From the NCBI GenBank assembly GCA_965235115.1, contig OZ249436.1:51152001-51212000 (forward strand): 60,000 bases of DNA, read 5' to 3'. Each line of letters starts with the position of its first letter. The stretch's first letter is position 1. This document shows, in pieces, positions 27,399 through 39,600 of the stretch. Below the pieces are notes generated by a model. The model did no database searches, was not told the origin of the DNA, and saw only the letters and a list, made by a program, of their open reading frames with translations. The stretch is from Laetmonice hystrix. Taxonomy: Eukaryota. Made by a program: the position numbers and the translations under genes.

Positions 27399-29256
27399 AC
27401 CTGCACAGGAATAATACGGTTGAAGCTGATGTGATCTTAATATGACCTGTATATATCTTTAATTATTGTACATGTATGGTGGAGTCACTAGAAACATGTA
27501 TGAAACAGAAAAATGACGTATTAAGGAACATTTGGATCATTTCATTTGTTTTAGATCCATCTTAAACTATTTTTGACGAAGCAAAAAGTATGGAAGAACA
27601 TGTTTTTGGAATCATATTGTCCTTAAGGCCCCTATGTCGGATTGTCCAGTGTATTCAGCTACCATCGACGGCAAAGGTCTGACTAGACCTCACATGAGTT
27701 GTTCAAGACACATAGGCACAATAGGCCTACCATCCATTATTAAAAAGTATTTATGTAAGCCATATTTCCTAGATTGTTCGTTAACACCTTAGTTCTAAAA
27801 CGAAAAAGTATGCCAACAATTTATTTTGTTACGGCTGAGCTATTTCAGTCAAACCATCCCGAGTTTGACCCAGTGACAATTTAGTTGTTTTTCGCAGCTA
27901 CAATATCTAAGGTACAGCTAGACAGAGGTCCACCCAATACAGTAGGCCTAAATGTAGGCCTACAGTACATTGAGTAGGCCCTTCATGTGTTAGGCCTCAC
28001 TTTAGCGTGTTTCTGTGAACTTCCACCCAACCTTCTGACCAAAGCGCACTCACTCTGGTGATTGGCGCTGGTTCGACGTCCGGGAGAACTGACCCACTCA
28101 ACCAATCGAATATCCCCTTTCATACTGCTAGGGCCGTTCGATTTCTGATCCTGTATAAAGCTCTTTAATTGGTTACGCCACACTCAGTCTAACATCAGTC
28201 ATTCTAAATCACGTCATCGACTCAGTTGAGCATTGTCTTCACGGCAACCAAGCTCCAATAGAATCAATAAAGTCTTAGGTGATTAACGTTTGTAACTAAT
28301 TATCGCACACGACTTCTTCAGCCAATCCCATATTTCGTCTAGGCAAAACCTGCAGGAGTTTTGGATCCCTGCCATATGAGACGCCAAGTTTTACGTACCT
28401 CGTTTCGCGGGCAAAGTTAGTTCCTGGACATAATATCCTGGAGACAATATCTATTTTCTATCTAAATGGTGTCCATTTTGCAGAAACCCGCCTTTTTTCT
28501 CGTGCAAAAAAAAGTTGATTAAAGGTCCACTTTTTTTAAAACCTGTAATATCGACACCCTGCCATGTCGCTTTAAGAAGAAAATGCTATCTTCTCGTTGA
28601 CGGATTCTTTTTGTAGTCTAATTATTTCTGTTTCGTATCAATGAACACAAAATTGAAATTTTGCTGGGGGCGTTATATTTACAGACAGAAGTGAGCTCCG
28701 CGATCGGTAAACGTGGATTTTCATAGACAGAATTGAATTTTGAAGACAAAGGCGTTTTCCACCAAGCAAAAGTAGGCTAACTAAGCTTTAATCAAATTTT
28801 GGCTTAAAAATGCACTTTTGCATGACAGAAATGGATGGTGTCGTCAAAAAGTGATTTACAATACCATCACTCCCGATTTAGGCCGACAATAAACACAATG
28901 TGACAAGATGTGACCTTTTTATGCTGACCCCCCCCCCCCCGAATATACCCCAGATCCGCGCGTGGTCTCCCGACTTGGAGTAGGATCATAACCTCAGTCT
29001 TACATGTAGGCCTACTTTACCCACCTTCTCTCAGCACAGATTCATGATTCGCGCGCTGTGAATGTCGAGCACAGAGGGAAAGACCTTCAGGTTACCACAT
29101 ATCACCTTGAATAGGCCTACATATTGGACAGCTTTCCTACTTACAGACAATGATAAAAGCCGAGATGTTAAAACTACAAGGTGCATTTGACCTCTAGAGA
29201 TTTACAAGACACAGGGCGCCATCTAGCGTCTCACAGTGCCATCTAGTGCATTGTGA

Positions 29257-29473
29257 GCACTGTTACACGGCTCACTCCGCCGCCAGGGGGCTGGAGCACC
29301 ACCCCCGGCCCCCTAACGGTAATACAGTGAAGCAGTTCTAGGTGCATTGTCAGCAGTTCTGGCGCATTTAGAACTGCTTCTGGCGCATTTAGAACTGCTT
29401 CATTGTACTCCCGCTAGGGGGCCGGGGTCCAGCCCCCTGGCGGAGGCGGATGGAGTGAGCCGTGTAACAGTGC
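29257..29473. mobile_element. Foldback MITE, Mutator-like (long TIRs, ~9-bp TSD)
   Basis: GCACTGTTACACGGCTCACTCC...GGAGTGAGCCGTGTAACAGTGC; almost wholly palindromic; flanks gcattgtga / gcattgtgc. Confidence 0.85.
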
Positions 29474-30654
29474 GCATTGTGCGATCTCCTGCATGGGGTC
29501 ACATGAATTTCGCAACCAATCACTATTCCTCCTCCAGAGGGCGCTGTAGGTTACCTCCATGACATTCTTAGAAACGGGAATTTATTAATTACAGACATTT
29601 TTTAGGATTATAGTTCTTTATTCCGGATAGCAGGCCATATGGCCATTCTTCCGCGCTTCCAGCACAAAAGTCCTGTTGTATAAACTTAATCTGATGCATC
29701 TTAATGGTTAATAAGTTTTTCATACATGATTTTATTGCTTTAACCTTTATCAATTCCGATGGTATAGGCTATGGAAATAGCCTAGTTACACCGGTAGTGT
29801 CGTTGGCTTACTGGTACACCGATAAGATTTCATGGAGGGCCGGTCTTTATCGTTAATAATTATATTCATTATAAGTCGTTTTTATAGTCATTATAACCCT
29901 TGGTTTGGTAATCTTTATATACATAGCACGGTTTAATAGTTAGCAAATATTCCAATTTGTGTAGGCGTAACATTTTTGCCGCACAACATACAGAATATCG
30001 CTTTACCGTCTTTCTGACCCAATTCTCTTAAACAAGGTACCGGTACATACCGTTTGCCCATCTTAGTGTTCACAAATTCACAATAACAATTCGCACTTTT
30101 TTTTATGTCACATACCTTTTTAATTATTTTCGTAAATTAATATATTCACTACACTCCCTCAGTATCAGCACTTCCCTGGCAAATACATCCTGCAGGTTTT
30201 GTTCCGAGTAAATCATTTATTGCATTCTTAAAATAATTCTTACAAAAATATTCTAGCTCTTGATGAGGGCACACGTTGGTATCCTGATTTTGAGATAACT
30301 GTTGGTTTATAATGTTGAGAGCCTGGTGCTGCCACCTAGAGTCTAATGGTAACGATATTTAACATAATGATGTCACATTGATGGACGAACAGATAACGAC
30401 TGAAACTGATCGCTGCCTTACGAATAACGGAGGTCGCGTACCGAGCGTCACTACTGGTGCACAAACTGGTCATGAAACTTGAAGGAAACCTTTTCATTTC
30501 AGTGATGTACATACACAAACTGAAACCAGTCTAAAACAAAATCGAAACCCATGCAGCGGCAGGGTTCAGTGGTCAATGGATCCGTGTAAATGCTGGATTT
30601 GAAAGCACCTCAATCTCTATTAGTTTATTACTTGGGACTGGTTGCTAGTGGAGA

Positions 30655-33600
30655 TCACTTGTTCTTGACGAGGGCGATCAGCGAACGTTTGTAGTCTCCT
30701 GAGCAGTCACCCTGCAAGGAAGCAGTCATACAGAGAACGTTATCACACCGTCGTTACGGAGCCAGTGTCGGAACCTTAACGAACACAATGCAACGCCACC
30801 ATAGGGTCACGGTGAACCGCTCAGGAACTTTAGAATGTCAGTCAATGCAATAACACAATGGCAGCGGTATAGAACTTTAGGAAAGGGAAGTTTAGCTTTT
30901 TTTAAGGAGAAAAATAATCTGTTCAACAATAACAGACTCGGAACACTCCGAACTGGAGCTGTACCTCAATGAAACTCTCCAACGTTTTGCCATAGGTTTT
31001 CTGGAACTCCTGCTTGATCTGAACCATGTCGACCTCACATCTCGTCACACACACCCGGATCAAAGCTCGGTCATTGGTTCCGGCACCCTGAAATAGGTCA
31101 ACATGTAAGGTACCATACCATAAAACAAATGGGTCAATGTGTCAAGGCATCTCATAAGGTGACTGGGTCAACTTGTCAGGTCATCCCATACAGCAAATTA
31201 GTCAAATTCTTGTAAGGGCATACTGCACACCAAATGGATCAATTTGCCAGGGCACCTCATACATTAAATGTGTTGTCTTGCCTTTTATCATCGTAATGCA
31301 AACAGTTTAACTTGTCAGGTTTCGGATTCAACCATTTAGCAACAAGATCTACTGGTTAGGTCACGTTGCAGCACTGCATACAAATCAACTCATAATTTAT
31401 CAGATCATAACAAAATTTTAATACTTGTTAAGTCACGCTATACTGCAAACATTAGATGTATCACCCGTCCATTGAAAGCCTTCAAGTCAACTAACCTTCA
31501 TGGACTTGTAAAGCTTTTCAGCAAAGTATTGTTGTCGGCTCATGACACACTTTACTGAAAAGAAAGTGAAGGGCAAATACGTTACTGGTATCTTTATTAA
31601 AAGCAAAGTCATTTTTGCAAATAACTCATACAATACATGTCACCTAAAGACTTCACAGAGAACTTACTGATGGTAAGCATGCCACGTTCTAAGTCTCCCG
31701 ACATCTCGCTGCGGATTGCATCCTGGATAGAACGTTTGGAAATCTTGCGATATTCCTCAAATACCAGCTGCAGTTGCCCGTAACCTTGAGAGGCGAGGAT
31801 GGAGATGAAGACAGACTCGTCTGTCCCGAGGCGTGCCTCGCCTGCTGCATACATTTGCTGAAAAATAAATTCAACACAAAATATTACACACATTACATGG
31901 TACTACATCAACAACCAAAGCGACATGCAATTCTTATATCTCACAATGATTTCCAATACCCTTACCCCTTACATGTAGCAGGATTATTACTGCCGTCAAA
32001 AGTACATTACCACGCACCTTCACTGCCCTTGTCCATGTGGCATTTATGTTTTAATATCAGGGGTTTGAGAATCAAGCTAATTTAATAACTGCACTGACAA
32101 AGCACCTACCTGTGCATCACGCTTAGCTTTACCAGGATCTGGTGCTTGGTCCTCCATCCGACCTCCCTACCAAACACAAAACATTGTCAGTACTGAAACA
32201 CTTGGACACAGGAGGGCACTCCAAACATTGGTAACGTTTGGACACATCTTTGCCACTCAAACCAAAGGTACTCAATCCCTCTACAAACAGCACACTGCAG
32301 AATATGTCAGACACAATGGTAGTGATGGCTACACATGAATGTGGTCAACGACTCCTCGCTAGTGATAACTCATGTGCTTATGGCTTGCAGTAAGGAGAAT
32401 ATTATTCATTCTGCAACATGGCAAGCAAAGTGAACTTTGGAATTACCTTCCAGTACGGGGTCTCTAGTGGTACTTATTTTCCACGACTCTACTTTTTTCC
32501 CGATAAGCGGGTATTTGTGCTGAGAATATGGAGCAACAAGTGAAAAACAAACGACCAACATATCTGTGTTCAAACATTGCGTTCATCAAGCAAGCAACAA
32601 GCAAAAGAAACATTAAGTAAACTATCCTACACTCTGGGGTATAAAAAGTAACTAAACCACCCATAAAAAGCTACGTTCTATACACTCAATGTGTTGACAA
32701 ATGCGTTTACAAGCTCCGTGGTATGATCTTGGGTAGGCCACCCCTCTATACCACCGACTGAAGATAACATCTTGAAGATTGAAAGGACTTACAACTGACA
32801 TGGAAATCATGAGTTTTCCAAAGTGACCTGAGGTGTCCCCACGCAGGTCGTCCTCTAGGTTCTTCTTGAACACTACAAAAATAAGTAGACTACCTCGAGT
32901 ACACTGAGGGATGGGGCACGTTTGTATGTGAGACATCCTTAATGAACATATCCATGCCTTACAATCACATGCAGTGTGTAGTTGGTCTCACTCCAGTTTA
33001 TGTTTTCTAGTACCGGTAATTAGTATTGGTGCCCAACTCCTAGCCACACTTCAAAAATATCATGAATGATAACTATTACTCATTACATATTCAATATTCA
33101 ATAGTCTACCTTAAAGCCCGCCACAGACGACGAACAATTGTTTGCAAACATTTTGTTCATGAACGAAAATCTGCTCATGTGCCGTGATCAAAACGCTGAA
33201 CAATGTTGCATGTTGAATACCGATGAAAAAAGTTTCATGAACAATAATAATAGTCCGTGCCAATTTTTGTCACGAAAAAATGTTCGTGAACATGTTCGTC
33301 GTCTGTGGTGACCTTAAAAAGCATACTCCGGTATTTTAACGTCTATTTCATCATTCCTTTACTGAATGGCTTGGACAGGACTCCAGGATATTGTCAACTA
33401 AATGTATTATAGCTACACATTTCTCAACGTTTCTCGTTCAGTGATCAGGAATGGTGACAAACTTGTGCATGTGCTCTAATTGCATCGCCTAATCTGCTAA
33501 ACTAACCAATGCTGCGATGAAGTGCACACTTGCAGCGATGCTAACATAAATTCAAGGCACTGAAAGCTTGACCATGTAAAAGTGCATGTTATCAAGTAGT

Positions 33601-36600
33601 CAACGTACATCTCTTGTATGCGTCCTTGATGGCAGCCATTTGTCTGTTACTCCGAGTACACATTATCTCGATGAGACAGTCTTCGTCCGTACCGAGTCCC
33701 TGAAACAATGAATCCCACATCACCATGGTGCTGAGAAAAACAGTGGACTAACTCAACACACAGTCCGTACCGAGTCCCTGAAACAATGAATCACACATCA
33801 CCATGGTGCTGAGAAAAACAGTGGACTAACTCAACACACAGTCCGTACCGAGTCCCTGAAACAATGAATCACACATCACCATGGTGCTGAGAAAAACAGT
33901 GGACTAACTCAACACACAGTCCATACCGAGTCCCTGAAACAATGAATCACACATCACCATGGTGCTGAGAAAAACAGTGGGTTAACTCAACACAGAGTCC
34001 GTACCAAGTCCCTGAAACAATGAATCCCACATCACCATGGTGCTGAGAAAAACAGTGGACTAACTCAACACACAGTCCGTACCGAGTCCCTGAAACAATG
34101 AATCCCACATCACCATGGTGCTGAGAAAAACAGTGGACTAACTCAACACACAGTCCATACCGAGTCCCTGAAACAATGAATCCCACATCACCATGGTGCT
34201 GAGAAAAACAGTGGACTAACAGACAGTGGTCTTATCATACATCAGGACAGACAAAGCAAATTCATTCATTCCGGTTCGAAAATTGTAATCAGTGAGCCAA
34301 TGGATCTGTTGGGATCACAATATAAGTAAACTTAAACTTATCAAATGTGTCCAGAAACATTCTAAAGACTGGAAACAGCAAATTCATTCGTTCCAGATTA
34401 TTAATCAGTGAGCCACTGGAATTAATCTGTTAGGATCATGAAGTTAATTTATCCCATCTCTGATGGCTTGGTTTGGCTTGGAGTTTTATGACTTGCAGTG
34501 CAATAAATGGCCCTTGGCCAGTTTCCGGTAACCTCTTGGTTAGTTTACGAATCAATAATTAACAATGGCCGTTCTTATCATTTAAGCAAAGAGGTTGGGC
34601 AACATATCTGTTGACATACGGTATATGACCAGCCAATTTTGTTGTCCTGCAAATGGTGCTGGAGATAAAACCACACACAGGTAGGCCTACCAGACATTGG
34701 TCAATGTTCTTGCATTGATTACCAGTGCTATCAGTATTGACAATCAACACTCAACTGAAGGTATTACAGTGTTAAGGGTGTCTTTCGAGTACCATGGCTC
34801 AAAAGGAAGGGTGCCCCTTCAAATGTGTCCGCACCGTGAGGTATACAGAAGAACAGATAAATTATTGTATGTGTCTGCTTGAATCACATCCCCATGAAGT
34901 GGTGGTCAGTCTACTGGTGAATCACAATACCGTCATAGATTATGACATGGAGCAGGAAACTTTAACTCAACCTGCACCTATTCCTGCATTACAGGCATCT
35001 GATACTACGTAAACTCTTTCCCGACCCATAGCTCTCTGCTACCAACCACCAGTATAACAATCAGCCTACATTCCTGGAAGGTCTTTTGTCGTTATGAGGA
35101 TGCTGGTAGTGGAGGATCCCATACCTAATGGCAGTTTTCACAAAGCCAGCCAGCTGGCTAGCCAATTTTGAAATTGTACGGGCATGGTTAGCTGTGATAC
35201 AATTAATGTAAGTATTTTATAGGTTACTATACGAATATGTTGCAACTGCATCACCATAATATGTACCGGTATACAATGCTAATGCCCCACTTTTATGAAC
35301 CGACTATGACCCACCTTGATGGACCCTCCCAAGGCCCACCTTGATGGACCAACCACGACCCACCTTGATGGACCCACTCTGACCCAACTTGATGGACCCA
35401 CTCTGACCCACCTTGATGGACCCACTCTGACCCACCTTGATGGACCCACTCTGACCCACCTTGATGGACCCACTCTGACCCACCTTGATGGACCCACTCT
35501 GACCCACCTTGATGGACCCACTCTGACCCACCTTGATGGACCCACTCTGACCCACCTTGATGGACCCACTCTGACCCACCTTGATGGGCCCACCCTGACC
35601 CACCTTGATGGACCCACTCTGACCCACCTTGATGGACCAACCAAGAACCACTTTGCTTGCCCCACCAAGACCCATCTTGATGGACCCACCACAACCCACT
35701 CTGATGGACCTATTATGGCCCACCTTGATTGACCCACTATGACCCACCCTGAAAGACCCACTATGACCAAACTTAATGGACTAACCAAGACCAACCTTGA
35801 TGGACCGACCTTGATGGACCAACTATGACCGACCCTGAAGGACCTACCTTGATGGACCGACCTTAATGGACCAACTATGACCGACCCTGAAGGACCCACT
35901 ATGACCAACCAAGACCTACCTTGATGGACCGACCTTGATGGACCAACTATGACCGACCCTGAAGGACCCACTATGACCAACCAAGACCTACCTTGATGGA
36001 CCGACCTTAATGGACCAACTATGACCGACCCTGAAGGACCCACTATGACCAACCAAGACCTACCTTGATGGACCGACCTTGATGGACCAACTATGACCGA
36101 CCCTGAAGGACCCACTATGACCAACCAAGACCTACCTTGATGGACCGACGCAGCTCCTCAGCATCATAATCAGCAGTAGGGGTCATCAGCGCCAGGATTA
36201 CATCCTCAAAGTTACCACCAAGTTCACTCTTTAGGTCGCTCATCAGGTCCTGTGTTAATAATAAAAATCAGGTCAATGGCCCTCAATCCACCGGGTAATT
36301 ATGGCACAATTAGTTGTTGTAGTCCATCCAAGTTAATAACTTGGGGGTCTCATATTAGGTGACTTTAATAGTTCAGTCAACACAGCTGACCTTATATATC
36401 ATGAACAGGACCACGTTAAATTATATAGACTGAATCCAGATTACGAACATCTTCTTTGGTGGCAGAACAAGGTTGGTAGAACAGCAACAAATCAAATTAA
36501 CTGTAAACCCCCCTGATAAACTTAGTGGTGATGGTAGCAGGCCTTACCCGTCCAAACATTGTCTTGAACAAAACCCTGAGCTGTTGGCGTTGCTCACTGG

Positions 36601-39600
36601 ATCGATAACACAGGATGTCAATGATTGCTTTCTCATCGGTCCCTGAAAAAAATATAATAAAAACATTTATCCTACTTTTCATGTTGTCGGGACACAACAT
36701 TCCTTGCAAGGGTTTAGGTAAACCAAAAGGAATGGAAATGAAATAGGAAAACACCAGCAAAAAAACCCTGAGAAAATCAAATATTTGACATGTGAGAATG
36801 ACGTCAGTTGCATTTTGATTTGCTTTATATGACTAAACACAAATAAACATCAACGGTTTACGTGGTCTGTTGGTTCTATTGTGGATCCTATCATATTGAC
36901 ACCAGTTATACAATGACCAAACACTCAAGACACACAAACTTCGGCCACCCGAGCTGTAATTTATACATGTTGACTTATGTTGTGGTAACTACAGCACCAG
37001 GTGGTTCTGGCTAAGTAACATTATTCCCACAATATTAACCTGGGACTGTTTTTAAGACATATACAGCATGAACAATGACTGTCCTATGGAAATGTTTTTG
37101 GGACTTGAAATTACATTCTATATATAGAATACAATGGACCGAGTGGTACTATGCAACAGTGGCTGTGGCTTCATAATTGAATCCAGCCCTCTGCAGGGTG
37201 AAATCCTCTTTGACACCTATATTATGTGTATTGTGGATGGCAGATTGTAATGTAGGTTAACATCAGATCCCGTTATATATTATACTGCATGGTCAGGCAG
37301 GTAAACAATTAGTAAGGCCTACATTAATATTTTATGTGCTTACTCACAATCACAGGTACAAATTGCATGGCCTTCCTTCAGTTACAACCAGTGGATGAAA
37401 TGGTGTAATAGTTTACCTAGGCAACCATTAATGCCAACAACATGCTGGTGGTGGTGGTAGCTACCTGTAATGACTCATGAGGAAGCAATAGCTAAGAGCA
37501 AGGTTGCCTACAGCCTGGGTTTGTATTGTAAGTAGGCCTACTCACCGAATCCTTTCATTGCCTTGCGAAGCAGCTTGCAGTCATTTTCTGGATTAAATGA
37601 TGCTGCTGGTCGCACTGTGCCGGTCTCCTGTAATGAATGGGCCATGGTTGGAGTGGTAAGGATGAGGATCACAATTATCAACCAACACAAACAGTAACGG
37701 TTAGAGTAGATGGACGCAGGGACGGTGGTGGAGTCGTACTTCCTCAGGTGTCCCAGCTACGACCTGCCTGTCACGATTTCACCCGGACTCACAGTCACAG
37801 CCAATGGTTGCCGGCCGGTCACGGTGTGTGGTGGGCGTGTCGGGGCACTGACCCACTATACTTCTACCCTACCCTAGGAAAGTGAACCGAAGCTAGTGGC
37901 AGTAGTTGTTGGTAGTCCGTCAACCATAACACATCAACAGTCACACTCTACAGACAGCACCCGGCACACCAACTCAAACACTGGTCTGATGCTGGATACC
38001 TGCCTGCTCCTCCTCGCAACCAATGTGGGTCACCTCCATAAATAGGTCACAGTGTACTAAATATTCATGCAGTGGAACAGCGGGTGCTCTGACTGAGCCA
38101 TGCAGCCTCTCCTGACTGAGCCATGCAGCCTCTGTTTGGCTAGGAATGATCCCTGATGCACTGCCCTTTTTTCATGTACTGCAAACTTGGATAAGCCTCA
38201 ATAAGACTAATATGTTGCTGTCCGTTTATTTTCATCCTACTTTTTTGGACCATCTAAAGGTACCAGTCATCCGAGGTCTATCTTTTGAATCAAGTTTGCA
38301 GAAAAGATGTTTTTTTATGTTGGTTCCCCTAAATATTTCTACTATTATCATTATACGTCCGTCCATATTCCTAATATATTTGCAAACATGAACTCTTGTA
38401 ACTGGAAATAGTGCAAGATGAGGTTGAAATAAAGTTTTAAATTGAAAATAATGTACAAGACTGAATCTAGACTCATTTGAACTATATTATTTCATCTTCT
38501 CACAACACTTGAATCTCGCATTGTACTTTACACACCTTCTGAACCTCGTATGCCGGTAATTACTGCATTATACCTCTCACAATTATCTTAGCAGAGCAAT
38601 CCAGACTCAGAACTCTGACAACAACAAAAGCAATCAGGCAATCCCATCATATCTGATCACCAAATAAATGTCTTTCACTCTGGTATACGTACACTCGATT
38701 GACGTATCAGTCACAGATGGTGATTCATTTTTACCCACAAAGGACACTGAAATGCACTTTCTGGCACTCCTAATCCATAAACCTTCAGATATACTTTGTG
38801 GACTTCGGACCCAACTATACTCAGAGAGTACTGTATATATACGGTATATACATATGTATCATACACTTCTTCAAGAGTCAGGCCCCGTCATTCGCAAAGT
38901 TTATAAACTTCATATGTTGATATAATTAAATGGTGTCCAAATGCGCAACAACAGTTCGACGGGCACAACAAATTGAATGTTAATTTGTCCAGATTATCGT
39001 GGGTTTTTTTCAGCTAAAAGGCATGTACATGTATTAGTTTACCTATGATATCATTTCTGTTTCACATTGAAAGCGTTTGATAAAGTATAGGAAAATCAGA
39101 AAGAAATGTCAACACTGGATGCAATGGTATTAGTTTAAAAGTTTTGTGTATTAATTTTTATTTTTAGGAAGTTAGGTAGGCAGGCTCTACCTGCATAGAA
39201 ATAAGCCCCCTAGGTCGTTTACTTCTATTTGACATTTATGTGACAGCTTATGGGCTGTCAAAATTCTGATGTAACATTTATGGGCGCCGCTACCAAAGAC
39301 CCAAGACAGATACATGTATGTCTGATGTCGAACCTGAATATCAAAGTTACTTATTTTTCTGCAATAAGCTCAATGAATAAATTAATAATAGGGTCACAAG
39401 AGTGTGGGTACAAGCTGCAATTCTCAACTTGTGTTGCCAGTTTTGTTAACGCTTTTTTTACGCCTTGACACAAGTTGATGCATGTTAAGGCATGCAAGTG
39501 AAAAACAATATCTGATATCACATCCCAACCTACCTGTATTTTTTTGATGGTTAGGCTAGCCATGGCAGCAGTTGGAAGATGAGACGCAGCAGACTGGCTG

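Noticed and set aside
33685..34220. CRISPR-like appearance of regularly spaced repeats (also 49293-50363 and 57226-58151)
   Set aside because: Units are contiguous with no unique spacers, there are no cas genes, and the context is eukaryotic.
35279..36124. 281-aa and overlapping repetitive ORFs ([16 protein letters not shown])
   Set aside because: Translations of a 24/72-bp minisatellite inside an annexin intron; open in multiple frames on both strands.
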